From the human T2T-CHM13v2.0 reference genome, Homo sapiens, in the NCBI RefSeq assembly GCF_009914755.1, contig NC_060930.1: 64,000 nt of DNA; one strand, written 5' to 3'. Below the pieces are notes generated by a model, which did no database searches, had not been told where the DNA came from, and was given only the letters and a program-made list of their open reading frames with translations. The translations under genes were made by a program, and so were the position numbers. Of this stretch, positions 1 through 14,435 are shown piece after piece. Each line of letters starts with the position of its first letter. Position 1 is the first letter of the stretch.

Positions 1-583
1 TGATAAGCAACTTCAGCAAAGTCTCAGGATACAAAATCACTGCAAAAATCACATGCATTCCTGTACTCTAATAACAGACAAAGAACCAAATCATGAGTGA
101 ACTCCCATTCACAATTGCTACAAAAAGAATAAAATACCTAGGAATCAAACTTACAAGGGATGTGAAGAACCTCTTCAAGAACTACAAACCACTGCTCAAT
201 GAAATAAAAGAGGACACAAACAAATGGAAGAACATTCCATGCTCATGGATAGGAAGAATCAGTATCATGAAAATGGCCATACTGCTCAAGGTAATTTATA
301 GATTCAATGCCATCCCCATTAAGCTACCAATGATTTTCTTCACAGAACTGAAAAAAACTACTTTAAAGTTCATATGGAACCAAAAAAGAGCCCATATTGC
401 CAAGACAATCCTAAGCAAAAAGAAGAAAGCTGGAGGCATCACACTACCTGACGTCAAACTATACTACAAGGCTACAGTAACCAAAACAGCATGATACTGG
501 TACCAAAACAGATATATAGACCAATGGAACAGAACAGAAGCCTCAGAAATAACACCACACATCTACAACATTCTGATCTTTGA
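1..583 (+). mobile_element. L1PA (older primate) ORF2 fragment running in from the left edge, ending abruptly with no 3'UTR or poly(A)
   Basis: ORF 93..494 gives L1 ORF2p sequence (IKYLGI.LTRDVK...[12 protein letters not shown]); similarity stops at ...CTGATCTTTGA near 583. Confidence 0.93.
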
Positions 584-779
584 AAAATTACCTTTATATT
601 CTATAGAAAATACCAATGTCAAGTTGGAAGTTAGAACTGTGAAAATCATTAATTACAATTCACTTAAGCATTGATTGTTTAAAACCAAAGATGGGATTAT
701 TTCAAGTTACACTACGAACTTTCCCCCATCCTTTTTACTTCTCCATAATTACAAAGTTATTATATGAATAGCCCTTAGC

Positions 780-1390
780 CCACTATATCTTCCTCTTCCT
801 TCCCCAAGGGTTACTGCAATCAGTATGGCACATGTGCATCACACCATATACATATATCATAAGGCATATATGATCATATGGAAATGTACGATTTAGTTTT
901 ATGTTTTTAAAAAATGGAAGACTGTAGTTTGTTTTGTAACTTGCTTTTTTACTTAATAATATATCTTGGGCACCTTTATTTCAGTATATTTAAATCTGTC
1001 TCTGCCGCATTCTTCTAAAATGCTTTATAGTATGGGTTTTTCTGATTTATTTAATCATCCTCCTATTAATAGATATCTAGATTTCTTCCATGTGTTAATT
1101 ATGTGAGATAGTGCAACAATGATTATTCTCATGAATGCACATATGGTTTTTTTTTTAATAAGACAGATAATGTTAAGTGGAATTGCTAGGTCAAAAAGTA
1201 CACATACAAGGCACAAGATAATTATTTTTCTCACACTCTCTGCTTAATTAAAATATTTTTTTCATTTTTGCCCCTGGTGAATTAAAATAAATTTTGAATA
1301 TTCTCGAATTTTAGTGAGATTAGGTAGGCCTTTGTGTATTTATTGGTTATTTAGATTTCTGTAAATTTTCTATTTATTGTATGTTTCTCC
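780..1390 (-). mobile_element. Ancient L1M-type 3' region fragment (approximate bounds)
   Basis: Degenerate L1M 3'UTR antisense motifs (ttttgtaacttgctttttt, gtggaattgctaggtcaaa). Confidence 0.45.
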
Positions 1391-2830
1391 TCAACATACA
1401 GTGGGGAAACAGGATCATTTGTCCACTTTTCAGAATCTTCATTTTTAAGGAAAAGTTCTAGCATCTGAGCTAAAAAAGCATTTCCTTTCAAGTTTAATTG
1501 CTTAAAAATCAAGGTCTTGGTGTTATCCTCTAGAAAGAATTTGGATGTGATACTTCATTTTTGTACAGTCAGAAGCACTCACATATCTTCTTGTTTCTGT
1601 CTTGCCAAAGACTACACACTCAACCTATTTAGTAGGCATGCTTGCCAACAGATTCTAATTCTGATGGCTCTTCCCTTAAAAGAAAACAAATATCTCTCAA
1701 ATCCAATATTATTATGATGTTTATACTCCCAGAAAAGTCTGAAAATGTAAGAAATTCTGGTGGATAATTTAGAGGTTTATTCTTTTCATTTTGAGGGCGT
1801 TTGGGGGCAGCTCAGTCTTAAAAGAATTATTACTCTATAGAATATTAACATTTGTTTATTAGACTTCTCTTGGCTCTGCCAGTCATGACCTACTTAGCAT
1901 AAAAATGGTTATGTTAAATCAACTTGATAGCACTGGATAAGTTCCAAAATGCAATGTCTGTACGCATGTAAAGATATGCTGACTCAAACTAAGTACCTAA
2001 AGCATCTAAGTAACTTTTTGCATGATTTTGAGGATAGAAAAATAATTTAGAAGCTAGAGATAATCCCAAGATTTTGCTGATAAGAGAATAGAATTATGCC
2101 CTGGAATGTACTTCCTTGGGGAGTAAGACAAAGAACGTAGCTCTTTATAACAGTCTCATATAATTAAACTGATATGGAAGCATTGAGACCTATCAGAAAG
2201 TTTTTAGAGTACCAGCTTATTAAAGAATCACCATTTTGATCATCACAAAGACTCCAGATATATTACAGCATGGCTAATATGCCAAATTCTAATGCTAGAA
2301 ACTTCTAAAAGAAGAATTTACATTTTTAGAGAGTATTTGAACGTTTTTATCCAGTTTTTACCATTAAAATTAGAACGCTGTTAAAAACATTTAGAAATCT
2401 AAAAAGTACTTTATGTATTTAAAAAATTATCTGTTTTCCTATGACTGATAAGCTACTACATATCTAAATTTCTGTTAAAGGATTTTAAAAATATATTTTC
2501 ATGACAACAAAAAGATTGTGGATATTTTCATCACATATGTGACATCTGGTATCTTCTTTGCTGCCAAGATCTATAAATGACTTAAACTGTCACTTAACTT
2601 TGAAAAAAGCAACCTTAATAAAGAAGCCAAAAAACCTAAAGTATATAATCAATATAGCAACAACTGTACAAAGCTCTAATATTGGTGGCTACCGAAAATA
2701 AATTTATGACAGAGAAAAAAATTTAAGGTTAGTTAAAATTCAAAGTAAGAAAATAAAAAATAGCAAATTTATTCATTTGTATTTAGTATAATCTTATGGT
2801 CTCATACAGTTAATGGCTTATATTAGAGGC

Positions 2831-3620
<790 letters not shown>

Positions 3621-4619
3621 CACTTAGTCCGCTAGCCAAGGATGATGCATTTTCCTCTCACTTTCAAAATAACACTTACCAATCTGCCTAAACCCCCAAA
3701 TCTCATCACCATCAGTATTATACTTTAAGTTCAGAATCTCATCATGTAAATCAAGTCAAGCTGCTGTATTTAGCAACTGGCTTCTAAAGCAAATAGATTG
3801 AGGCTAGTAGGGTGAGGGTGGAACTTCCTCTTGATCAGAAGACCATCAAATAAAGAAACCAGCTATATGCCCACACATTTCCACCTTACGATGAGGAGAC
3901 ATGATCAAGAGAACCACAATACATACCTCCACTTAAAAAGAGGCAGGACAATGTGAGTGACATTGTAGTCACTGGGATGAGAAAATTCTGAGATCCAGTA
4001 GGAACAAGCTACCTACCATTTCACCTGGCTCAGGAGGCAGGGCATATGTTGATTAGGACCCATATATGTTCCCTGGGGTGGTTCTTCTTGACGCCTGGCA
4101 GCACACCATGAACTCTTTAATGACATATGTTTGCAGCTGCATAGTGTTCTTAGCCTGCTTTCTGCCCATAAGAAGTTGGGGACGCAAAAGTGTTTTTATG
4201 TTTTGAGCAGTGTCTGTTCCTTTCAGTCCAGGCTATTATAATTCCTTTTAAAATATGTGGACTTGTGTACAAATTATAATCCAATTCATTAGACAAAAGT
4301 GACGTCCACCTATTTCTCTGAGTAGAGTCTTTCTCTATTTGGGGTTACTTGTGAAGACCCTCACAGCAGAGAGGGCCAAAGAGTCTTGTCCTTAAAATTC
4401 TTAGAAGCAATTTCTGCTGAGAGGAAAATGAGACACTCTTCCACAATTTCCTGAAATCTCAACCAAATTACAACCATAGCTTTGGTTTGATTGTGAGCCT
4501 GAGGCCACAGATTTTACTGGCAGCACTCTGGGTTTGACCTCATTCCCTGAATTTTTTCCCATCACCACCAAAAATTATTTCATGCTTTTTTTTTTTTTGC
4601 AGTGAATGTTCCCCACCCC

Positions 4620-6340
4620 TGGCAAAAAACGATCTTCTGTTTTGCCTTTCTGTAATTTAATATAAATGAAATGATACAGTATTTACTCTTTAATATCTGG
4701 CTTCTTTGGCTAAGCATAATGCTTTTGAGAGTCATTTATGCTTTTTTGTAAAATGGTTGTTCAAACCTTTCTCTCTCTTTTTAATCATTTATTTGTCTTA
4801 TTGTCAAGCTGTCAAGGGTTTTTTTAGTGTATTACAAATACAAGCACTTTGCCAGATATATGTATCTCTAACATTTTCTCTCAGATTGGCACTTTTGTTT
4901 TCATTTTCAATAGAATGTTGTGTTTTCTTTTCAACTGGTTTAAATTGTTTTCTAATTTTCCTTGTGATTTTTGTCTTTGACCCATGTATTCTTTAAAAGT
5001 ATATTGAACAAATGCCAAATAACGGGGGACTTTTTCTGTATAACTTTTTGTTATTTATTTCCAATCAATTCATTCATCAATGAATGTATGTCCATAATTT
5101 GTCTATGCTTCTAAATTTGTCAAGACTGTTTTTTATGCTCCAGGATATATTCTGTGGTAGGCAGTTTTTAAGATGTTCCACCTGTAATCACTGGCTCCTG
5201 CATTTAGGTCCTTGTGTAACCCCTGACTTTGATTGTAGGCGGATTTAGTGACTAGCTTCTAGGAAATAGAATAAAGCAGATGTGATGGAATCTCATCTCT
5301 GAAATTAGGTTATAAAATGACTACAGCTTCTGTCTTAGATACTCTTTCTTGGACCTCTCATTCTTGGGGGAAGCCAGCTGCCATTTTGAGAGACAGCTCT
5401 GTGCAGAGGCTCATGTGACTGACCTGGATCAGAGCATCTGGGGCCTGCCCCAAGGCGGGTGAATTACTTTGAAAGTAGAACCCCTCTGAGTCAGCAATTT
5501 TGATGAATGTAGCCCCAGCTGACACATTGACTGAGGTAGCATCATAAAAGACCCATAGCTAGAACCACCGAGCTAAGCTGCTCCCAGATTCTTGACTCAC
5601 AGAAACTGTGCCATAATGAATGTTTGCTGTTTATACTTATTAAGTTTTGGTAAAATTTTTTATGCAACAATAGATAACTAACATAGATATTGGTTATACT
5701 TCTTGGTGAATGTTCTGTTTCAACTGTAATTGTGAATTTCCCTGTTTATTTGTTTACATTAATAGGTTTTTATTTCATGTATCTTAACATTCTCTTATTA
5801 GTTGCATACACATATAAGAAATGTGATATCTTCTTGATGAATTGATCATTATTGTTATAAAATTTCCGCCTTTATATCTGGTAATATTCCTTGCCCTAAA
5901 GTCCATTTTATATGGCCTCTCCAGCTTTCTTTTGAACAATGTTACAATTATATATATATATTTTCCCATTCTTTTAACTTTTCTGCATTTTTATATTTAC
6001 AATACATTTTCTGTAGACAGCATACAGTTGAGTATTTTTTATTTACGTTGAAAATTTCTGCTTTTAAATTGGAGTATTTACCCATCTACATTAAAGTGGT
6101 TATTGATGTGTTTGAGTTTAAATTTAACACCTTGGGTTTTTTTTTTTTCTGTTTGTTTCATTTTTACTTTTTTGCTTATTTCCTGCCTTACATTAATTGC
6201 AAATATTTTCAGATTTTGTTTTATCTACACAATTATCTTATTAGTGTTACCTCATTTATCTACTTTTAGAGGTTGCTTTAGGTTTACAATATTGGTTTGT
6301 AATTTGTGGCAGAGATGTTTCAAATAATATTATGCCACTT
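4620..6340 (-). mobile_element. Ancient L1M fragments interrupted by an MLT1 LTR; a related L1M piece lies at about 7240-7460
   Basis: T-rich degenerate L1 antisense, including the ORF2-start-like ttctgtagacagcatacagttg...cccatctacattaaagtggttattgat. Confidence 0.5.
5153..5683 (+). mobile_element. MLT1 (E/F-like) solo LTR
   Basis: TG...CA ends (tgtggtaggcag ... gcaacaatagataactaaca) and internal gggggaagccagctgccat, ccagctgacac, agctaagctgctcccagattcttgac motifs. Confidence 0.8.
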
Positions 6341-8887
6341 TGATATATAGGCCATTCTTCATAATAATACCTGAGACATTACATTCAGGAAAGCACATTT
6401 TTCAATGAAAATTTCCAGGGCTGAAAATACAAGACAGAGAAAAGATTTGTCATATCACTACATAGCCTAATAAGGACTAAGTCTTTATTCAAACAATTAT
6501 ATTGTTAATTAAAAAGACAATTTTGGCTATCTGGGAATAGCATGCTAATTACTCTTTTAGACTATGGAAACTATTTTTAGTGCTGGACTGAGAGCTGGAA
6601 AGCAAGGGCTGCTTACCAGATAATGGACAAACACCACTGTGCTCAGTTATCTTTACGTTCTTTCAGACTTCCATATTCAATTAATAATTATTTATATGAT
6701 AAAAAGAGTGGTTATTTGTTTATTATTTTTAAAACACCATTTGGGTTCTCTGAATAGAATGATTTGCTAAAGATTGCTTTTTCAGATTAGAGTACATATG
6801 GAAAGGCCATAGACATCCAGAGTTCTATAATTGTTTCCAGAGGGGTGACTAGGTTCCCCAATATATGAATCACAAGAATCTACTCTTTGCACAATCAAGA
6901 TTGTAGGAATGCTGTTCTACTTACTATTACAAAGGCTGGACCTTGACAAATGTACATTGACAAATGTACAAATGCAGAAACACTACTGGGTTGGTTTCCA
7001 GAATTTGGTTAATTGAAGATATACCTAAACTGAGTGTAGAAATCTCAATGCAGTCTCAGTGCTGAAGGAATTTTTGAGCAAATGCTGGTGGAATTATATG
7101 TGTGTGTATGTATATTTCAAAACCAATGCTCAGAAGTAGCAAATCAGTCAGTACTATCTAACAAACAGAAGCAAATATAAAAAGAAAGATGCCTTCTGAC
7201 AATCTTCCCTATAGCACAGAATATAGGAAATGAATTTGGAACTGAATTGGATTTTTTAAATGAGCTACTTTTCCTCCTTCTCAATGGTAGATTTATATAT
7301 AATCAACGAACATCTGTTTCCATTCTTTTACTATCAACATGTGTTTTTATAATTAAAATACATTATCTGTAGACAACATGTAGTTGGGTCTTAATTCCTT
7401 TTATTCAGTCTAACAATTTCTGCCTTTTATTGAAGTGCTTACCCATTTACATTTAATGTGATTATAGACGCCGCCTCTTTCAGGGAATCTACTTATTGGA
7501 TAAATTTGAAAATTTCTCATGTTTAACTCTTTTAGATTTGCCAGCCCATTTAAAGCAGGCAGACATCCTAAGGTATACCACGACAGTGATCTGATCTTTT
7601 TTGTCATATATAAGCCATGTGTTCATTAAAAGGAAGTTCCCAGGGCATAATGTTTCATTTTCCTTATGTGTGCAGTTTTGTATTTTATTTTTAGTAAGTT
7701 ATATATGACAGTACTTCATCCAGTTCGACTATACTGAAGTGTTTATTAAAGTCTAGTCCTAAAAGTCACTCAAGTGGAATTTTTTTTTTTTTTTTGCTAA
7801 AAAAATGGAAGGAATTGGAGAATAAAGAAATAATACCTATTGGGTTGCTTGAACCCGGGTTTTCATTTTATGATGCTAATTTTATTATACTGCACAGAAG
7901 CAGATTCATCTAATTCAGGAGCAACTTCATGTGTTATATCTGCAGGATGTACATAGTCAGTTGTTACAACATTATCTCTCTCCTGAGAAACATAGGCAAA
8001 GATTCCATGAAAGAAAATTTCTGCAGAAAACTGAAACTACAGACTGCCTACATGTGATGATCAGTCAATCTGTCAAAAAGGTAGTTACTGAGCACATTCA
8101 GGGTTCAACGTGTTCCTCTAAGTGCCTGATCTCACTTACTTTTGACTTTATCATCTTTCAGAAGGAATTAAAAGCCCTTCTCCCTGACTGATCCTTCTTT
8201 AGGCATTAAACAATGATAAAATATATCCTTAAATAGAGTTTAACTTCAGACACCTTCCCTTTAACATCACAACCTCCTCAAATCTCTCAGTGAGTTAACA
8301 ACGAGTTTGAATTTATGCATTATTTTCCAGAGACAGAGACATACAAGTAGGTTTTTCAAGTCAATATTGGAGAAGAGATAGTTAGATTAACATAGTCTTC
8401 TGGATTTGCCAATCAGGTAGAGTTAATCATTACTCATTACTTCCCTCATTTTATTTTGCTCATTCATTTACCAAATAAAATTTTAAGTCACTGAAAAATA
8501 TACTATATTGCACAGAATAAAACACTGTCTCTGAATTGAAGAGCTCCAATGAGAAATAGTATTTCTAATGTGGTGTAGGAAGTGCTATAATACGGGTATG
8601 AATTGAAGCTCAAAATTCATTTTTATCAAAAATAGTGGAGCTTGTCAATCTGCAAATCAAATGAGTTAAAGCTGTGAAATATAGGAAAAATTTCATAACC
8701 TCTCTTGGCCTTTAGTTGCTCCACCAGTAAGAGACATTTAGAAGAGACCACCTGTAAAGCTTAATGTTCTAATTATACTGTTTTATATAGCTTCAATTTT
8801 CCTAATAGTTCAAAAATTTCTGTTTCATAAAGAACAGCTCTAAAGGTATATTTCTTCCATAACTTTTTCTATCAAAAATTTATCTCC

Positions 8888-11708
8888 CCTGCATATCCTT
8901 GTTAATTTTCTGTCTTGTTGATCTGTCTAATATGGGCAGCAGAGTGTTAAAGTCTCCCAATATTATTGTGTGGGAGTCTAAGTCTCTTTGTAGGTCTCTA
9001 AGAACTTGCTTTATGAATCTGGGTGATCCTGTATTGGGTGCATATATATTTAGGATAGTAGCTCTTTTTGTTTCATTGATCGCTTTACCATTATGTAATG
9101 CCTTTCTTTGTCTTTTTTGATCTTTGTTGGTTTAAAGTCTGTTTTATCAGAGACTATGTTTGCAGGCCCTGCTTTTTATTTTTCTTTCTCTTTGCTTGGT
9201 AAATATTCTTCCATCCCTTTATTTTGAGCCCATGTGTCTCTGCACAGGAGATGGGTCTCCTGAATACAGCACACCGATGGGTCTTTACTCTACCCAATTT
9301 GCCAGTCTGTGTCTTTTAATTGGGGCATTTAGCCCATTTATATTTAAGGTTAATATTGTTATGTGTAAATTAGATCCTGTAATTATGATGCCAGCTAGTT
9401 ATTTTGCCAATTAGTTGACGCAGTTTCTTCATAGTGTTGATGGTCTTTACAATTTGGTATGTTTTTGCAGTGGCTGGTACCAGTTTTTCCTTCCCATATT
9501 TAGTGCTTCCTTCAGGAATTCTTGTAAGGCAGGCCTGGTGGTGACAAAATCTCTCAGCATTTGCTTGTCTGTAAAGGATTTTATTTCTCCTTCACTTATG
9601 AAGCTTAGTTTGGCTAGATGTGAAATTCTGGGTTGAAAATTCTTTTCTTTAAGAATGTTGAATATTGGCCCCTACTCTCTTCTGGCTTATAGGGTTTCTG
9701 CAGAGAAATCCACTGTTAGTCTGATAGGCTTCTCTTTGTGGGTAACCCAACCTTTCTGGTTGCTCTAAATATTTTTTCCTTCATTTCAACCTTGGCGAAT
9801 CTGACAATTATGTGTCTTGGGGTTGCTCTTCTCGAGGAGTGTCTTTGTGGTGTTCTCTGTATTTCCTGAATCTGAATGTTGGCCTGTCTTGCTAGGTTGG
9901 GGAAGTTCTCCTGAATAATATCCTGAAGTGTGTTTTCCAACTTGGTTCCATTCTTTCCGTCACTTTCAGGTACACCAATCAAATGTATGATTGGTCTTTT
10001 CACATAGTCCTATATTTCTTGGAGGCTTTGTTTGTTCCTTTTCATTCTTTTCTCTCTAATCTTGTCTTCAAGCTTATTTCATTAAGTTAATCTTCAATCT
10101 CTGATATCCTTTCTTCTGCTTGATCGGTTTGGTTATTGATACTTGTGTATGCTTCACAAAGTTCTTGTGCCGTGTTTTTCAGCTCCATCAGGTCATCATG
10201 TTCTTCTCTCAAGTGGTTATTCTAGTTAGCAATTCATCTAACCTTTTTTCAAGGTTCTTAGCTTCCTTGCATGGGGTTAAAACATGCTCCTTTAGCTTGG
10301 AGGAGTTTGTTATTACCCACCTTCTGAAGCCTACTTCTGTCAATTCGTCAAACTCATTCTCCATCCAGTTTTGTTCCCTTACTGGTGAGGAGTTGTGATC
10401 TTTTGGAGAAGAAGTGTTCTGGTTTTTGGAATTTTCAGCCTTTTTGTGCTGATTTCTCCCCTTCTTTGTGGATTTATCTATCTTTTGTCTTTGATGTTGG
10501 TGACCTTTGGATGGGGTTTCTGTGTCTGGACATCCTTTTTCTTGATGCTGATGCTATTCCTTTCTGTTTGTTATTTTTCCTTCTAACAGTCAGGCCCCTC
10601 TGCTGCAGGTCTGCTGGAGTTTGCTGGAGGTCCACTCCAGACCCTGTTTGCCTGGGTATCACCAGTGGAGGCTGCAGAACAGGAAAGATTGTTGCCTGTT
10701 CCTTCCTCTGGAAGCTTTGTCCCAGAGGAGCACCAGCCAGATTCCAGCTGGAGCTCTCCTGTATGAGGTGTCTGTCGACCCCTCCCGGGAGGTGTCTCCC
10801 AGTCAGGTGCCACTGGGATCAGGTATCCACTTGAGGAGGCAGTCTGTCCCTTAGCAGAGCTCAAGCACTGTGTGGGGAGATTTGCTGCTCTCTTCAGAGC
10901 CAGCAGGCAGGAATGTTTAAATCTGCTGAAGCTCTGCCCAAAGAGAAGCAATCTATAGAGGCAGTCTGGCTACAGCAGCTTTGCCAAGCTGCAGTGTGCT
11001 CCACCCAGTTTGAACTTCCCTTCCCGGTGGCTTTGTTTACATTGTTAGGGGAAAACCGCCTACTCAAGCCTTGGTAATGGTGGACACCCCTCCCTGCACC
11101 AAGTACAAGCTCCCAAGTCAACTTTAGACTGCTGTGCTGGTAGCGAGAATTTCAAGCCAGTGGATGTTACCTTTTTGGGCTCCATGGGGGTGGGATGCAC
11201 TGAGCTAGACCACTTGGCTCCCTGGCTTCAGCCCTCATTCCAGGGGAGTGAACAGTTCTGTCTCACTGGCATTCCAGGTTCCACTGGGGTAGGAAAAAAA
11301 ACTCCTGCAGCTAGCTCAGTGTCTGCCCAAACAGCTGCCCAGTTTTGTGCTTGAAACCCAGGGCCCTAGTGGTGTAGGCACCCAAGGGAATATCCTAGTC
11401 TGTGGGTTGCGAAGACCATGGGAAAAGCATAGTATCTGGGCCGGAATGCACCATTCCTCATGACACAGTTCCTCACAGCTTCCCTTGGCTAGGGAAGGGA
11501 GTTCCCTGACCCCTTGCACTTCCCTGGTGAGGCAATGCCCCGCCCTGCTTTGGCTTGCCCTCCATGGGCTGCACCCACTGTCTAATCAGCCCCAGTGAGA
11601 TGAGTGGGGTTCCTCAGTTGGAAATACAGAAATCACCCACCTTCTGCGTAGATCTCGCTGGGAGCTGTAGACTTGAGCTGTTCCTATTTGGCCATACTCC
11701 ACCTCCTC
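8888..11708 (-). mobile_element. Inverted 5' segment of an L1PA7-like element: complete 5'UTR (about 1.2 kb), decayed ORF1 and ORF2 endonuclease start
   Basis: Minus strand starts ATGGCCAAATAGGAACAGCTC..CTACAGCTCCCAGC (L1 5' end). ORF1p peptide LIGVPESDGKNGTKLENTLQDIIQENFPNLARQ at 9716..10003(-). ORF1 and ORF2 start codons are mutated. Confidence 0.95.
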
Positions 11709-13342
11709 TTCCATGCTCATGGATAGGAAGAATCAATATCGTAAAAATGGCCATACTGCCCAAAGTGATTTATAGACTCAATGCTACTCCCATCAAGCTA
11801 CCATGGATTTTCTTCACAGAATTAGAAAAAACTACTTTAAATTTCATATGGAACCAAAATAGAACCTACATAGCCAAAACAATCCTAAGCAAAAAGAGCA
11901 AAGCTGGAGGTATGATGCTACCTGACTTCAAAGTATACTACAAGGCTATAGTAACCAGAACAGCATGGTACTAGGACCAAAACAGAGATATAGACCAATG
12001 GAACAGAACAGAGGCCTCAGAAATAATGCCACACATCTACAACCATCTGATCTTTGACAAACCTGACAAAAATAAGCAATGGGGAAAGGATTCCCTATTT
12101 AATAACTGGTGTTGGGAAAACTGGCTAGCCATATGCAGAAAATTGAAACTGGACCCATTCCTTACACTTCATACAAAAATTAACTCAACATGGATTAAAG
12201 ACTTAAATATTAGACCTAAAACCTTAAAAATGCCAGAAGAAAAGCTAGGCAATACCATTCAGGACATAGGCATGGGCAACGACTTCATGACTAAAACACC
12301 AAAACCAATGGCAACAAAAGCCAAAATTGACAAATGGGATCTAATTAAACCAAAGAACTTCTGCACAGCAAAATAAACTATCATTAGAGTGAATAGGCAA
12401 CTTACAGAATGGGAGAAAATTGTTGCAATCCATCTGACAAAGAGCTAATATCCAGAATCTACAAGGAACTTAAACAAATTTACAAGAAAAATCAAACAAC
12501 CCCATCAAAAACTGGGTAAAGGATATGAACAGATACTTCTCAAAAGAAGACATTTATGCAGCCAAAAAAACATATGAACAAAAGCTCATCATCAATGGTG
12601 ATTAGAGAAATGCAAATCAAAACCACAATGACATACCATCTCACACCAGTTAGAATGGCGATCATTAAAAAGTCAGGAAACAACAGATGCTGGAGAGGAT
12701 GTGGAGAAATACGAACACTGTTACACTGTTGTTGGGAATGTAAATTAGTTCAACCATTGTGGAAGACAGTGTGGCGATTCCTCAAGGATCTAGAACCTGA
12801 AATACCATTTGACCCAGCAATCCCATTACTGGGTATATACCCAAAGGATTATAAATCATTCTATTATAAAGGCACATGCACACGTATGTTTATTGCAGCA
12901 CTGTTCACAATAGAAAAGACTTGGAACCAACCCAAATGCCCATCGATGGTAGACTAGATAAAGAAAATGTGGCACATATACACCATGGAATACTATGCAG
13001 ACATACAAAAGGATGAGTTCATGTCCTTTGCAGGGACATGGATGAAGCTGGAAACCATCATTCTCAGCAAACTAATACAGGAAAAGAAAACCAAACACCG
13101 CATATTGTCACTCATAAGTGGGAGTTGAACAATGAGAACACATGGACAGACGGAGGGGAACATCACACACCAGGGCCTGTTGGTGAGTGGAGGGCTAGGG
13201 GAGGGATAGCATTAGGAGAATACCTAATGTAGATGATGGGCTGATGGGTGCAGCAGATCACTATGACACATGTATACCTATGTAACAAACCTGCATGTTT
13301 TGCAGATGTATCCCAGAACTTAAAGTATATGTAAAAAAAAAA
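11709..13342 (+). mobile_element. Sense 3' segment of the same L1PA7-like element: ORF2 C-terminal part, 3'UTR, short poly(A)
   Basis: ORF2p peptides [18 protein letters not shown]..., [24 protein letters not shown]; 3' end tatcccagaacttaaagtat; A-run 13333-13342. Confidence 0.95.
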
Positions 13343-13399
13343 TTCCCTTTTTTCCAGCAAAGTCCAGACTCTCATTTAGGCTATATCCCTCTTGCTTCT

Positions 13400-13835
13400 C
13401 AGTCTGCCTGAACTGAATGAAGTACATACCTATCTCCAGAACAAATGTGTAATCTTGACTGGTCCATCAGCACATTAAATCCTCTCACACACACACAATT
13501 CAGGGATTCATACACGACACAAAGCAGGCCAATCAGGGGAAACAAAACTCAGTTCTGTGGCTTCTGTTTGAGTCACTGCTGAAGCAGAAATGTTTCTTTT
13601 GTTTTTTAATGTCATGGCTCTGAAGATACTGAGCACTGTAATGGAACTGTGAATGTACTACCCAGATGAGGTAGAGCTGAGATGGAGTCTGTGGTGAGCT
13701 CTTTAATCCAGCACTTCTGAAAGAGCTCAACCCCTGGACTTCTCAGATTATATGTACACATGGGTACTTTTTAAAAAAACTTAGGCCTGTTTGAGAGGAG
13801 ATTTCTATCTCTAACAACTGAAAGAGCCCTAACTT
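13400..13835 (+). mobile_element. Degenerate MLT1 (J/K-like) LTR
   Basis: ggccaatcag, ctggacttctcagattata and ...aacaactgaaagagccctaact end motifs. Confidence 0.45.
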
Positions 13836-13897
13836 TCATAAGGTTTATCTATACAGGCATTCTAATTCTAAATCTTCAGATAGCAAAGGCAGTCACA

Positions 13898-13959
<62 letters not shown>

Positions 13960-14154
13960 CCTATCAATATCTTTCTACCTACCTACCTACCTACTTATCT
14001 ATCTACCTATCATCTATCTACCTACTTACCTGTCATCTATCTACCTACCTAATCTATTATCTACCTACCTATTGTCTACCTACCTAATCTATTATCTACC
14101 TACCTATTGTCTACCTACCTAATCTATTATCTACCTACCTACCTATTATCTATC

Positions 14155-14199
<45 letters not shown>

Positions 14200-14257
14200 A
14201 TCTATCTACTTATCACCTATCTACCTGTCATCTATCTATCTGTCTTTCTATCTATCT
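13898..14257. repeat. Complex (TATC)n/(TACC)n microsatellite with an internal 35-bp higher-order repeat
   Basis: Read directly; pure TATC blocks at about 13898-13940 and 14156-14199. Confidence 0.97.
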
Positions 14258-14330
14258 GATATCCATGGTATACAGGAACAATTGCATAAAACTGAATTGA
14301 AATTTTGATCCTTAAGAAACAATACTTTCT

Positions 14331-14435
14331 GCAGCACACCAACATGGCACATGTATACATATGTAACAAACCTGCACGTTGTGCACATGTACCCTAAAAC
14401 TTAAAGTATAATAATAATAAAATTTAAAAAAAAAA
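14331..14435 (+). mobile_element. Severely 5'-truncated L1PA3-like 3' end with 14-bp TSD
   Basis: gcagcacaccaacatggcacatgtatacatatgtaacaaacctgcacgttgtgcacatgtaccctaaaacttaaagtataat plus poly(A). Perfect TSD aaacaatactttct at 14317-14330 and 14436-14449. Confidence 0.95.

Noticed and set aside
10120-11519. Many overlapping ORFs, including a possible L1 ORF0
   Set aside because: These are L1 5'UTR and ORF1 antisense frames; the ORF0-equivalent stops after 16 codons.
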